From Camelus dromedarius (taxonomy: Eukaryota), in the NCBI RefSeq assembly GCF_036321535.1, contig NC_087437.1, positions 97,280,001-97,344,000 on the forward strand: a stretch of DNA of 64,000 nt, in the 5' to 3' direction. The notes beneath the pieces were generated by a model. That model saw only the letters and a program-made list of their open reading frames with translations, was not told the DNA's origin and searched no databases. Every line of letters begins with the position of its first letter. Within the stretch, counting starts at the first letter, position 1. The translations under genes were made by a program, and so were the position numbers. Below are positions 13,394 through 25,150 of this stretch, in pieces.

Positions 13394-13539
13394 AAAGAAA
13401 TGCATTGTTGCTCCTAAAGTCACAAGGACTTTGTAGAGGGTTTGGAAGAAAGGGCTCCAGAGTGGATTATTATTATTTTTTCTCCTCTCCAATTAGAAAT
13501 AAGTATTTAACCTGAGGGAAACTGCTTTTAAAGTTTCTC

Positions 13540-13975
13540 TTAATTTGTAGACCACAGTCGACCATGAACCCCATTTCTTGCAAGTCCTTGCTGAGTGTGC
13601 CAAACCACGAAGCAGAGCTGCCTCCTGACTCCGAGCTGTTCCTGCATGTAGGAATTAAAGAGAGCAAGAAGATGACCTTCCCACCACTTCGTCCTCCTGG
13701 AAGGGAAATGGCATGTTTGCTGTTTGCTATAAAAGACACTGAGGCCCTAGCCCTGGGCTCCTTTGCTACAGCACCACCTGGCCCTGTTGTGTCACCCTGT
13801 GGGACTTGGGGGCAGGGGAAATGGAGCTCTCACACTCATGCTCCTCTGCTTACCATGCTGTGCGGGGAGTGTACAGTTTGTTAACTGGTCTGCTCTGATT
13901 CCCTGAGCCTTCCTGACTACTTCTGGGGACTGCAGAATTCTGGCAAACCAATCTGCTTGCTGGCTTAGTCATTTC
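13540..13975 (+). mobile_element. MER74/MER54-like ERVL solo LTR; boundaries approximate
   Basis: TATA 'gctataaaag' followed by 'caccctgtgggacttgggggcaggggaa', a characteristic MER74-group motif. Confidence 0.65.
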
Positions 13976-16900
13976 TTTTAGAGTCTTGTTACTTTTTGCC
14001 AACCCTTATGAGGCTACGGATCTTCTATGACAATTAATGCATATCTTATAAAAATAAAATTATATACTTTATACTATGACATTAGCATACTAGTTTAGAA
14101 AAAATTTCTCGAAAGAGAAATTTGAAAAATATATACGGCTCAAATGTTATCAAATTTTCCAATTGCTACAGTTAATACTTCTGGAAGTATTTTCAAATGA
14201 TATAACAGCATATTCAACATAATTCTGCTTTATTTTATATAACCATACAATTTGACAGTTGAATGGGAATATAGTGATAATCTTTCTTAGCAGGTGTGCA
14301 CACGTGATCCCTTCAAACTTCTGGTGATAACCTATGTCAATGTCCACAAGATAAGACAGGTGATTTTCAGATGATTATAGTCATTAGAGCATTATATAAC
14401 GAATGATCTGAAATCTGAGTGTTCTTAAAAGTGTCAATTAATTTAGCTAAGGTTTATTATCCTTTCTTTATTCTTTTCCTTTTTTAATTTTTCCTTTTGG
14501 TGGAACACACATTTAAGCACCTAAGGCAATTCTTCCCTTTCTCTTTGAAGCATCAGACTGTCTTTTTCCGTCTTTCCACATGACTCTGAAAAAAGTTATG
14601 ATTCCCCATTTTCCAGGCTAATCTGCCTCTACTTTTTTTTTTTTTCACATTCCTCATAAGAAAAGTGTCCCAAACTTCTCAACACCCTATTCACCATTGT
14701 CTGTATGTCCTTTATTCCACTGTTTTTAAAAGCATAACATTTAGACAATTTCCTTCCTAAAATCTGCATGTCATATGAATATAGCCAAAATAGGGATTTA
14801 TCTACTTTTTCTAAAATTCACCTCATGATAGTTGATTAAACTAGGATATTTTCACATGAAATGGTTTGAAGTCATTAAAAATATGAATGATTTAAGTCAT
14901 TCAAAATTAACCTGAAAGGTTTATACTTATGCAGCTGGACTTTATCATACTGTGCTCGAACCATCATCACCCACTTGGAGTATATAAAAGATTCTTATTA
15001 ATAAATATTGGTGTGTAGAATCAAGAAATGATTTTTTAATGAAGTTCTGCATTTTATGATATTTGAACTGTGACACTACTGATCATTATTCTTAAATTTG
15101 AAAACAATTTTTATGTAGTTAAATTAGAAAGAAAATGAAAATATGCACTTTGAATATTATTGGAGGGAGACATAAAATGTAAGCTATGCATAGCTAATAA
15201 ACAACTATATGTATAAAATTCAAGTATACTATTAAATTTAAATTAAAATAATTTTATTTAAAAATAATTTTTAAAAAGCTGATATATAATTCTATATTTG
15301 TATATCAATTTAAAAAAATAAATGCTAATTTTCTATACCTTTAAAAGTGCATTCCACTAGGCATTCAAATGCAGTTTGGGTCAGCCTGTAAATTTATACT
15401 CCTTTATGCAGTGCTCTTTGGCATTATGAATCAAGAGCCTTAAAATGATCTTTGAGATAATAATCTTACTCCTCGAAATTCTGCCAAGGGACTGATCTGA
15501 TTTGTGCTCAAAGATATTTACAGCAGAATAATAGTATAAAATGGGACATAAATTAAGGAAAAGAAAATAAGATAAAAAATTACGTATGTAAGATAATTCT
15601 GTCTAAATATATTCTAAATTTTATATATGCGCATTATGTAATGTAATATCCACGTTTACTAATGTGTGTGTATATATGTGGATATAGCTTTTATATTTTT
15701 CTTGGTGTTCATATGCATATATGGGTAGGTTTAAATATGGGAAATATGGAAAATAAATAGGAGAAAAGTACTGCATGGAGTTAAAGTGATTATTCTTAAG
15801 GGGCTGGATTAAAGTGACTATTCTTATGGGCAGGGGTTATGGTAATTTGAAATTCTCTTTAACCCTGTCCCCCTATTTCCAACATTTCTACATTGACAAG
15901 AAACTAACTAAATGGAAAATAAATTGATCTGAGCCTATACGCTTATTTAGAATATAATCTCTGCTAACACTATGATAATTACTAAAACTGGTAATCAACT
16001 ATTTGCCAAGACCAAGGAACTCCAGAGCATGCAGAATAAAATATTCAGTGTCAGCAAACATTCAATATTAAAATCTTTTTCATGTTTTCCAACATGCTTT
16101 GTTCTTGATTACCTAAGTTTCCTGAAATTATCTTTAAAGACATAGGGTTCATTCCTCAACCAGTTGGACATGTATTTTCCACAATAGTCTCGGACTTAGA
16201 AAAGGTCTAAAATCCAGGCTATAATCAATCTCCATTTATGAATATAGCCTGGTACCTAACACTCCCAAACATTTAAAAGGTAGTTTTTTAATTACTTATC
16301 AATTTAAACTAAGGGGATATTGGGTAAGAAGAACATAATCAGACTTCCTTCTCACCATATTCATGATTTTATTAACTTAATTATTTCCATATCTAGAAAA
16401 CAATAAATTCAGTTTAACCTCTAATATGATTGAACTTCTGTTAACTGGTTCCTTTTTTTTTTTTTTTTGCTTTAGTACCCAAATAGTTGACACTTCTAAT
16501 GAAGACTGTGACCCACTGTTATATTCTGAAATATGAAAATACATGAGTTTGCAGTGTAATATTAAATACAATATTACATTTAAGAGCATTTGAGATTGTT
16601 TCACAGGCTTTCATATTGAGACTGATTTATTTGTGTTATATTTCTATTAACATTAAATCTTCATTTATCAGGAAACACATTCTCAGATCATAGAAGATAA
16701 CAGGAAACTTGCATTTGTGAGTTTTTTGTTTTTTTTTTTTTCCTCCTCAAATGGGAGAAAAGCATTTTAGGGGAAAAAGGTCTCACTTGAGATAAAACAA
16801 ATTTTATTTTATTCATCAATAAAAGACTCCTGTTTTCATGTACTTTTCAAAAATGTCCAGATTCACTTGGACATTTAGGCATGATTTTACATCTACAAAC

Positions 16901-18239
16901 TTTATGTAATTTACTTTTACATAGTCCCAAATAATTAACCCATAGCACACATGCTATTAGGTAGTTTAAAGGATTAAAGCAATTGTCAGTTGGTTAAAGA
17001 GAGAGGACATCCCTGTTCACTTTTCTGCCGTATCAACTTTCCAAACAGCCATTTACAGGGACGTTTAAAAAACATCCTAACTTAGAAGTTGTATATTTTT
17101 TAAAAATAATGAATTTCATTGTCTATTTGAGGTGTACACAAACAAACCTATTAACTGAGTCCTGACTGGAAAAGAGCACAAAGCTTCAGTTCAAGGAAGA
17201 GCATTATGCGTCCTGTCTTGGCAGCATTGTATCCATCCCTGTGGTTTTTGAGGATAGAGAAGTTACTTTTCTCTTGCTTAGTGTTTAACTCTTGACACCT
17301 CAGAGTACTTCCCTAAGCGCCCATGTTTTCTCTGTCAGTTTCTTCCTTTAAATTAGGCTCTGATGGGATGGGAAAACATAAGGCATTGGCACTGAATTTT
17401 CTATAATATGAGGTTCACTGTTGTACCAAACTTATCAGTTGTGATAATGATAGATAATTTTATTCAAGCTACGCTGCAATCCTCGGTAGAATTTCTACTA
17501 TTTCTCCATGTGTATGCATTATTCACACTAATAGTGACCCTGGAGTAGAAAAAGCTTCTTGTCTCTTAAAACTTTCATTGAGAGGAGTTCAAAATGCACA
17601 CAGTTAAGTGCTCTTCTGTGTGCATTTAATGTAGAGTGAAAAGCTGCCTGGTGCTCATTTTAGATTCACTGGCAACAAGACAGACAAGAGAGAGTGTGCT
17701 AGGAGTCAGGAAGATATATATGAAAAATTAAAAGTTTAAAATTAATTTGAACTTATAATGTAATGCACCACGTGGAAATCTAAAAATCAATTTCCAAATG
17801 AAACAGCTTGAAACTTTTTCTTGCCATCTGGTTTTGGACCTGGCTCATTCAATTCCAATTTTGCCCTTGTGAATACTCCAGTTTTATATATACTATATGG
17901 GAACGATAATCTTCATGCCACCTAAGCATATCTTGTTGGATTTCCTAAAAATATAGTTGCTTTTGTTTTGTTTTTTCCTACACTAGCAATGTTTTCCAAA
18001 TGCCCTTTTAATCATGGACACACTTGTCTTTATTTTAAACCAGATGTGCTGTTAGTGTTTGATTTATTAGCATGTTGAATAGTGATTGCATTTTATTTGG
18101 CTAATGTTTTAAAAAACGCATCTAACATTTGTGCATCTTTAATGAGCCTACAGTACAGATTGATGAATTCAAATGAAGAGAGGGGAAAAAAACAGATTTG
18201 GCTATTTGAGTTGTAAAGTAAGAAAAAGTAGGGCTCAAT

Positions 18240-18325
18240 ACACAGACATGGGATTAAATAAGATTATGCATGGAAAGCATTGACAAAATGCTGGCATATA
18301 AGACGTCCTCAGTAAATGTTAGCAA
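18240..18325 (+). mobile_element. MIR 3' fragment
   Basis: 'ttaaataagattatgcatggaaagca..tggcatata..ctcagtaaatgttagc'. Confidence 0.6.
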
Positions 18326-19789
18326 TTAACCTTTAGTGTGTGTGTGTGTGCTGATAATAAGTAAAACGTTTGAATATATTTAATTTTTTGAAGAAAATAT
18401 TTATTGAAAAGCCAGTTACTTTATGTATATTCTCTCATTTGTTCCACACAAAATAACATTGTTAGAATACTGAGAATTACATAAATCAAACAACTTCCCT
18501 TAAAGTGTGTAGCTAGTAAATGGGAGAGATGTAAGCGGAAATTTGATATCTTTGTTATTTCTTGATGATACTCTTAAATAAGTGTAATGAGTGTGAGCTA
18601 CCACGCCATAATGTTGTTTTCATTAACTTTAAATGTATCTGTAAGATACTGAAGCCAAAATGTTTGTAATCAAAATTATAAGGATTTAAGCTACAATAGG
18701 ATACTTAAGAATGCATCTCCCCAGTACATCTGTTTGATCCTTTAGTTCTTAATAATCCAGTCAGATCTACTTGAAAGCAAATGACAGTTACAAGTAAAAC
18801 TGACTTCTTGTAGCTTCACCACATGATTTTAAACTTAATTATTATAAGTTAAAATTTTGCTTTGGAAAAATATGCCATCAATCCCAAATGACTTACCTAA
18901 TGTACCCATCCACTTGCTTAGATTCTTCAAACAGATGAATAAAATGATGCTTTTATGCATACATAAGGCATTTAAAATTATAACAGCAAATCCTAAAGAT
19001 CATCCAGTAATTTAATTATAACATGAAGAACTCTTTTTAGAACATACATATTGAGGCTTCAAGCAACATGTTTATATCTCTATGAAACTTCTACAAAAAT
19101 GTTTTGTGCAACATAACTGATAAATAGCTGATAAATGTCACAATCACATAATTTACACTCACAGGTAAATTTGCCATTATAAATGATGGACCTTTTATAT
19201 ACAGGATATATTCATATATACATTTATATACTAATTTATACATGCATCCACAAACTAATTTATCACAGTGGTAATACAAAAAACCACTTAATAGTTTTGA
19301 TACAAATTATTCTGAACTGTCAAATAAACCTTTTAAGAAGATGCTTTGCACAAGACCCATATTAGGCAAATAAATAGTCTTCAGTGAAAAGTTTTCTTCA
19401 ATAGTGACATTATACATTATTAAACTCTTCACAGGAGAGAAGAAGATCAAATCACAACTTGAACTTTTATTCTAGGACATGATTTTGTATCACTGCTTTT
19501 GTTTTTAAGCTATAAAATTGTAAATCTTGCTTATGTAATGAAGCAGGAATTCTACAGAGTTCTAAAGTATGCTGGGTATCTGAAAAATTACCCAGGTAGT
19601 TGGTACCATGTTTTGTTCCCAAAATATTGCAATCCTCATAGAACTTGTCTTACCAAGACCTGCAGTGGTCACTGGTTTCCAATTTTATAAATTCCACTTC
19701 ACTCTCTGCTCAACTCTCAAAGCTGTACCTAACTGATTCTCAACACGCTGTCCATTGGAATTATACTGGGTACTTGACTGTCCCCCAAA

Positions 19790-19985
19790 TGTAGCACATT
19801 GCTGGCCTGGGTCAGGTGTCTGGCTCAAAAATACATTACTTGATAACTTTAGTCAGGTTGTTACTGTCATGTAGCAAATGAGGATAACAGTAACAGTAGC
19901 TTTTGGATGGGGTTGATGAAAGCATTAAATTACAGAAATCAAATAAATTTACACAACACAGAGCCTAGCACAGAGAATGTGCTTA
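19790..19985 (+). mobile_element. MIR SINE
   Basis: 'aaatgaggataacagtaac..gttgatgaaagcattaaat..gcctagcacagag'. Confidence 0.55.
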
Positions 19986-21435
19986 AAAAAAGAAAAATAA
20001 AATAAAATTTAAAAACCCGCTCAGCTATATATAGCATAGAACTCTCTATTTCCCTATCTTCATTACTGTAGCTATTATCATTTAAAAAATCTTCCCCTTT
20101 TATATCTACTATTAATTCAAAGCCTTAAAAAACTAGATACACATAATTTACAGCTCATTTATTACACTAGTTGTTTTTCCAAATGTTTCTTTATGCCTGT
20201 CTTCTCTGATCATTTAAATTATGTTTCTCTTGAGAGCATTCAAAAGATATTTGTGTGAATGAATGTCTATATTTTAGGCTTCCTACTGTACTATATAAGC
20301 ACAGTATGGGTATATAGTAGATGGACATAAAACATTTTCTAATAGTACAGTACATGTTGTTCCACATTGAATGTACAAATTACCATCATAACATCTTTGG
20401 GGGCCTTGAGTGGACGTGCACAATTAGCAAATTATCTAACAGTGCATCAGATTTAACTCATCAAATTTGGCAATCAACAACCTCAGCCCTAAATCCCTGC
20501 AAGTGTCTCTGCACTGGTCCGTGCTGTCCCTAAACATGAATGGGACACTGTTAGATAAACGAAAATCCGTATTAGTTAGCCAGAAGCAATTCTCGGCCCC
20601 TATGGATTCTGGAAGGCACTTCAGTTACATTTCTGGTTGCCCTAAAATAAATTCTTTATTAGCTGACAACTATTACATTAGAGAATTCATGATGTGCCCC
20701 TGTCTCTAGAACATAATCTTGGACTTTGCCCAGCTTGATAACTACTTCTTTGATGACAGAGCTTTTGACACTGATACGAAAGGGATCCCACCAAGCATAT
20801 GTAGGGCCTATCCTAATAGTCTATGTGGTGAACTCTTCATAAACTGACAGAAGGAATGAATTTCTATACTTACTCTGGCAAAATGTCCAGAGCTCTAAAT
20901 TGACAGTACTGAATTAACTCATTAAACCTTTATATTTGCCTGAATAGCAACGCTAAACAAAAATGTTCTCATGTAAGAATATAGGCTTACTGATTTGCCC
21001 TTTTGTACAGAGACAGAATTCAAGCTGTAGCTATTCACATAAATATTATTCATAAATGTATACAGTTTTTTTCTTGTGTCTTCATACTATTAATTGGATA
21101 ACATCCTACTTATTTCTACAAAAGAACTCCATTACATAATGGAATGTGAAGCATGTATGGTACTTATTTGATGTATAGTTTTTTTAAGCAGAATTTGGAC
21201 TAAATGTCATAATGAATCTGTTAAGTATAAACCACATCCTGCCTAGAAAGTAACGGGTTCACACTATTTTATCCCTATTATCAAGTACAGCTGCTTCCCC
21301 CTTTTAATCCTATAGCATAGACTTTTCCTAGACCATATCAACATACCTTTCTATACACCAAAGTTCCTAGGTTGGTTATTTGAAATTTATATTTTCAAGA
21401 GCACATTGTCTTGGCTCTTCAATAGCTGAACATAC

Positions 21436-21501
21436 TTTGAGATACCACAAACTCAGGATTAGGCACAATTTTTGTACTTTGAAAGCCAGTTGCTTTCTCA
21501 T
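21436..21501 (-). other. Candidate short exon encoding MRKQLAFKVQKLCLILSLWYLK, ending at a phase-0 donor
   Basis: ATG at 21501, 22 open codons, then AA|GTATGT; preceded by a long pyrimidine tract. Gene not recognised. Confidence 0.3.
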
Positions 21502-21785
21502 TAAAAAAAAAAAAAAAAGAGAGAGAGAGAGAGAGGAGGGCACAAATGGAAAGACAAAGCAAAGAAACATAAAACATATCAGTATAATCATCCAGAAGTT
21601 AATAAGTGATTTACAGAACAGACTGAATGCTGGAGCTAAGCTTAACCAGTTTTACCCTGAATAATGGGTTTTGGTACGATATGAAGAATAGAATGACTTC
21701 AGAATATAATTTGTATATTTGCAGTTTTACCCCTCTCCCCACACCCTGAAACAGCACCAAGCCCAACCTTAGTTTAGTTTTGCTG

Positions 21786-21816
<31 letters not shown>

Positions 21817-21832
21817 CATTGTAGTCATTTAC

Positions 21833-21849
21833 CTTATTTGGAGACACAG
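21833..21849 (-). other. Candidate 17-nt microexon (ctgtgtctccaaataag)
   Basis: Minus strand ctttctttccctttaacag|ctgtgtctccaaataag|gtaaat: polypyrimidine tract with CAG acceptor and an AG|GTAAA donor. Confidence 0.45.
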
Positions 21850-24019
21850 CTGTTAAAGGGAAAGAAAGTTCACCCCCCTAACTTCCCCACCCCACCAAAA
21901 GAATAAAGTCCAAAGAATTATAAATTGCAAGTTCCTAGAGGGTTGAAATCTGTGTATTACATATAATATATATAAAATTTTTTTCCTATTGATAGACCAA
22001 GTTTTGAATACTACTTAATGAATGGCTTTCAAAAACCTAACGTGGAATCACTATAGAAATTTCTTTTTTTTTTTTTTTTTGGTGAAGGTATATATGGTTT
22101 TTAAGGTTCCAGTTCAGGACTTTAAATCTTTGATTTGATTTTTACATTATAACTGTAGAATTGTGATCCTTTGGTTCTTTTTCTTAAATTCTACGTGGCT
22201 GAAGAAGAACTTTAGATGAGGTGTAAGCCCAGATGAATGCTCTACTCTCTGAAAATGTAATGGCCTTTAGCTGTAATGCACTTATTTTCTTTCCTTTTCA
22301 GAAATAGTTTGGATGACCTTGGTATCTTAACCAAACAAAAAACTTTAACAGATAAAAGATTCCCAGTCTTAACCGATCAAGGTCACAATTTGATTCACAT
22401 AATCTTTTAACTGACTTAAGTAAACAGACTTCATTGTAAACGCTCATCACTTTCTGAATTTCTATTTTGAAATTTTAATTCTTTATCAAGTAACGAAGTC
22501 TGTGAACACAACTGTACTTTACTCTCTTTTTTTTCTCTTTTTTAAACAACTCAAGTAACTCTGAAGGTTGAAGGTCTGAATTTGAAAACGAAGAAAATGA
22601 AATTGCTCTCAGATGGAGGCCTAATGTTAGCTCATGATCCATCCTGAAGCAAAAATTGTATAGCTCAGTTGTAAACCCTTTGAAAATGTAGCTTATAATG
22701 GAAGTGCTGACACCATCTTAACTATGGATTCATGAACCCCTGTAAGAATATATCTAAGGCATTTCATCACTGTCAATGTATCTCACTTCTTAAAATTCAA
22801 CAACCTCTTCAGAAATCCTTATTTCCTTTTTAAGTTCCCTAACAAATTCTGCTTAGTGGAATTTGGCTAATGAATCTTCTCCCTGGAGTGGAGAGGGGTA
22901 GGAACTAACCAGGACACACATAACGGAACCTGCAAACACACCTGATAAGGGTGGTGGCACCCCTGCATTCTCAGATCGCTCTGCTCACAGGTGTGTTATG
23001 ACTTCATCAAGGATACAGGATGCTGAAGCTATATTCTCCACAATGGACCAGCACTCTGCTTCCTGGGCTTTCCCCGTTTTTGATAAAAGTGTGTATTCTC
23101 TCTGTAAGTTACATACCAACAACTACTTTCTACCTATTTTCTAACATGAAGAACACTTCAAAGCTCTATTTTTCCCCCATTTGTCATCCAATAAAAAATG
23201 CATTTTAAATAAATATTATATAATATCTCAAGGTATTTTAATCACATGGCCGGAAACACATTACATGAATAATACATAGATAACTAAAATAAAATTTTGA
23301 GGTTAAAAGTGAAAACAGTGAATTTGAATAAAATTTAGACAAAATGGCTGTGGATAAGATATATTCAGTTCATAAATTCTAAGACTAAGAAAAGTCTATT
23401 ATTCTCAAGAGCCAAGTTTTTCTTATCAAACTCTCACATGCATTTTGCTGAATTTCTCAAATGCTATTTTTCAAATAGCACTAGAGAACACAAGTGAATT
23501 TTTCAACAGATCCTAGTATAGTTGTTAAGCATACTCTTTCATTTCTGTATCTAAAAAATACTCTCATAATCTTTTGAACTTCTAGAAAAAAATACTCATT
23601 TCAGACTTGGCTTTGAAATGTATTCTTCAGTTGCAGGGAAGATAAGGTATTAAGTCTATTTATTGCATACAGATGGAGATTAAATAATTTAAACAAATGA
23701 AAAACAGAAGTGGTGATTATACACAGTACAAAGAACATTCTACATTTTGCATGAATATTCATACTGTTCAGTTTCCAGATTCACAATCTCACATTATAAA
23801 TTACTTCTGAACAACAACGTTGCTTTCTTTTTTCCTTACTGCACTACTTCCTACATGAGTATGCCAGAATTTTGCAAGTTTTAAAATACTATAAATACAT
23901 TCATATTGTTCTACAACTAAAACTGAAATTTAAATAATGGGGTAAAATTATAGTGATAATAATGATTTCCCAACATTAGAGAGGGGAGATATAGGACTTA
24001 ATAAAAAGTAAGAAATGAG

Positions 24020-24340
24020 TAATTAATAACTAAAGTCATAGAATATTTTTATCCCTAGTCTAATTCTTCAGATACTTTGCTCATTCATCTAATAATATTT
24101 ATTGAGCATCTATTAGGTGCAAGATAGCATGTTAACAAAGATGAATCAAAGACAAAATTACTGTTCAAATAATTTACAAAGTGCCAAACATGTAAGACAT
24201 AGATACATGTAAAAACTGGCAAATGCCTTCTACTCTAAATAAAATGTCCTAGCATTCAAAAGATGAAATACTACTTTCAGCATGTGGTTGAGGGACATTT
24301 GAACCAGCATTCAAGGCTAGTATAGGGGTAAAGGGGCATT
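24020..24340 (-). mobile_element. L2 3' fragment
   Basis: 'tcattcatctaataatatttattgagcatctattaggtgcaag'. Confidence 0.65.
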
Positions 24341-24825
24341 CCAGGAGAAATGTCAAAGGCAAAATGATCCATTTATATTTCTTCAAACCACGAAATCTTA
24401 AATTATTTTGGTGTTGGTTAAAGAGTAAATCATGAGTATTCAAATTTTATTAGTGAAAGCCTTTATTTCTTACACAATAACAAAGAATGTGAGATGTTGG
24501 ATTGTGTGAGGTACTTGCTAAAACAAAATACAGTTTTTTACTGGCTCATGTAACTAGGAAAGACTTCAGAAGCAATATTCTAAAAATGGGCTTATAGGTA
24601 GTAGGCATCAGCACATTTTTTTTTAAACTTTCAAGGTTTAAACAAAAACAAAACTAGAGCATATTCCAAAAAAATTCTAAGTAAGTATTAATACATTATA
24701 CGGGACCATGCAGATAACTATATGAAACCTAAAATGGCACTCCCTGAATATTCCCATGTTACCGCTTCAACGCACCATGAAGTAAAATAACATAACGCCA
24801 CAGAATGCTCATAATACATTCTAAC

Positions 24826-25150
24826 CCTTCATAGAGGGGGAGAAAACTGCCAGAGAGGTTTTCTTGGCTTAGCAAAAAATAGACATGGACAACCGGCTGC
24901 TGTAATTTATAAAAGGAAGCAAGTATGAATGTTCTGTGAAAGAATCTTCTGAATTGTCAAAAGTTTTGATAACTTTATGCTCTCTTGCCATAGTTAAACT
25001 CCTATCATAACTGAGACGCCTGAGTGAACTCAGCAGACTTTCAGGAGATTTAAATGGAGGCAAGGTTAAGGGAAGTTGTGGGTGGACATTAATGACTGAT
25101 GGGGGGTTGGCCCCTCCCCCTAGCTTCATCAGCAGCTGCTCTGATTGGTC
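24826..25150 (-). promoter_or_regulatory. Putative Pol II promoter and first exon
   Basis: On the minus strand: CCAAT (25144-25148), GC box gggggagggg (25111-25120), TATA-like TTTAAAT (25048-25054), Inr-like TCACT with its A at 25025 (29 nt downstream), and a possible donor G|GTTAGA after 24826. CpGs are locally retained. Confidence 0.5.

Noticed and set aside
15781..15836. Imperfect 28-bp tandem duplication
   Set aside because: Two copies and no spacer: an ordinary slippage duplication, not CRISPR-like.
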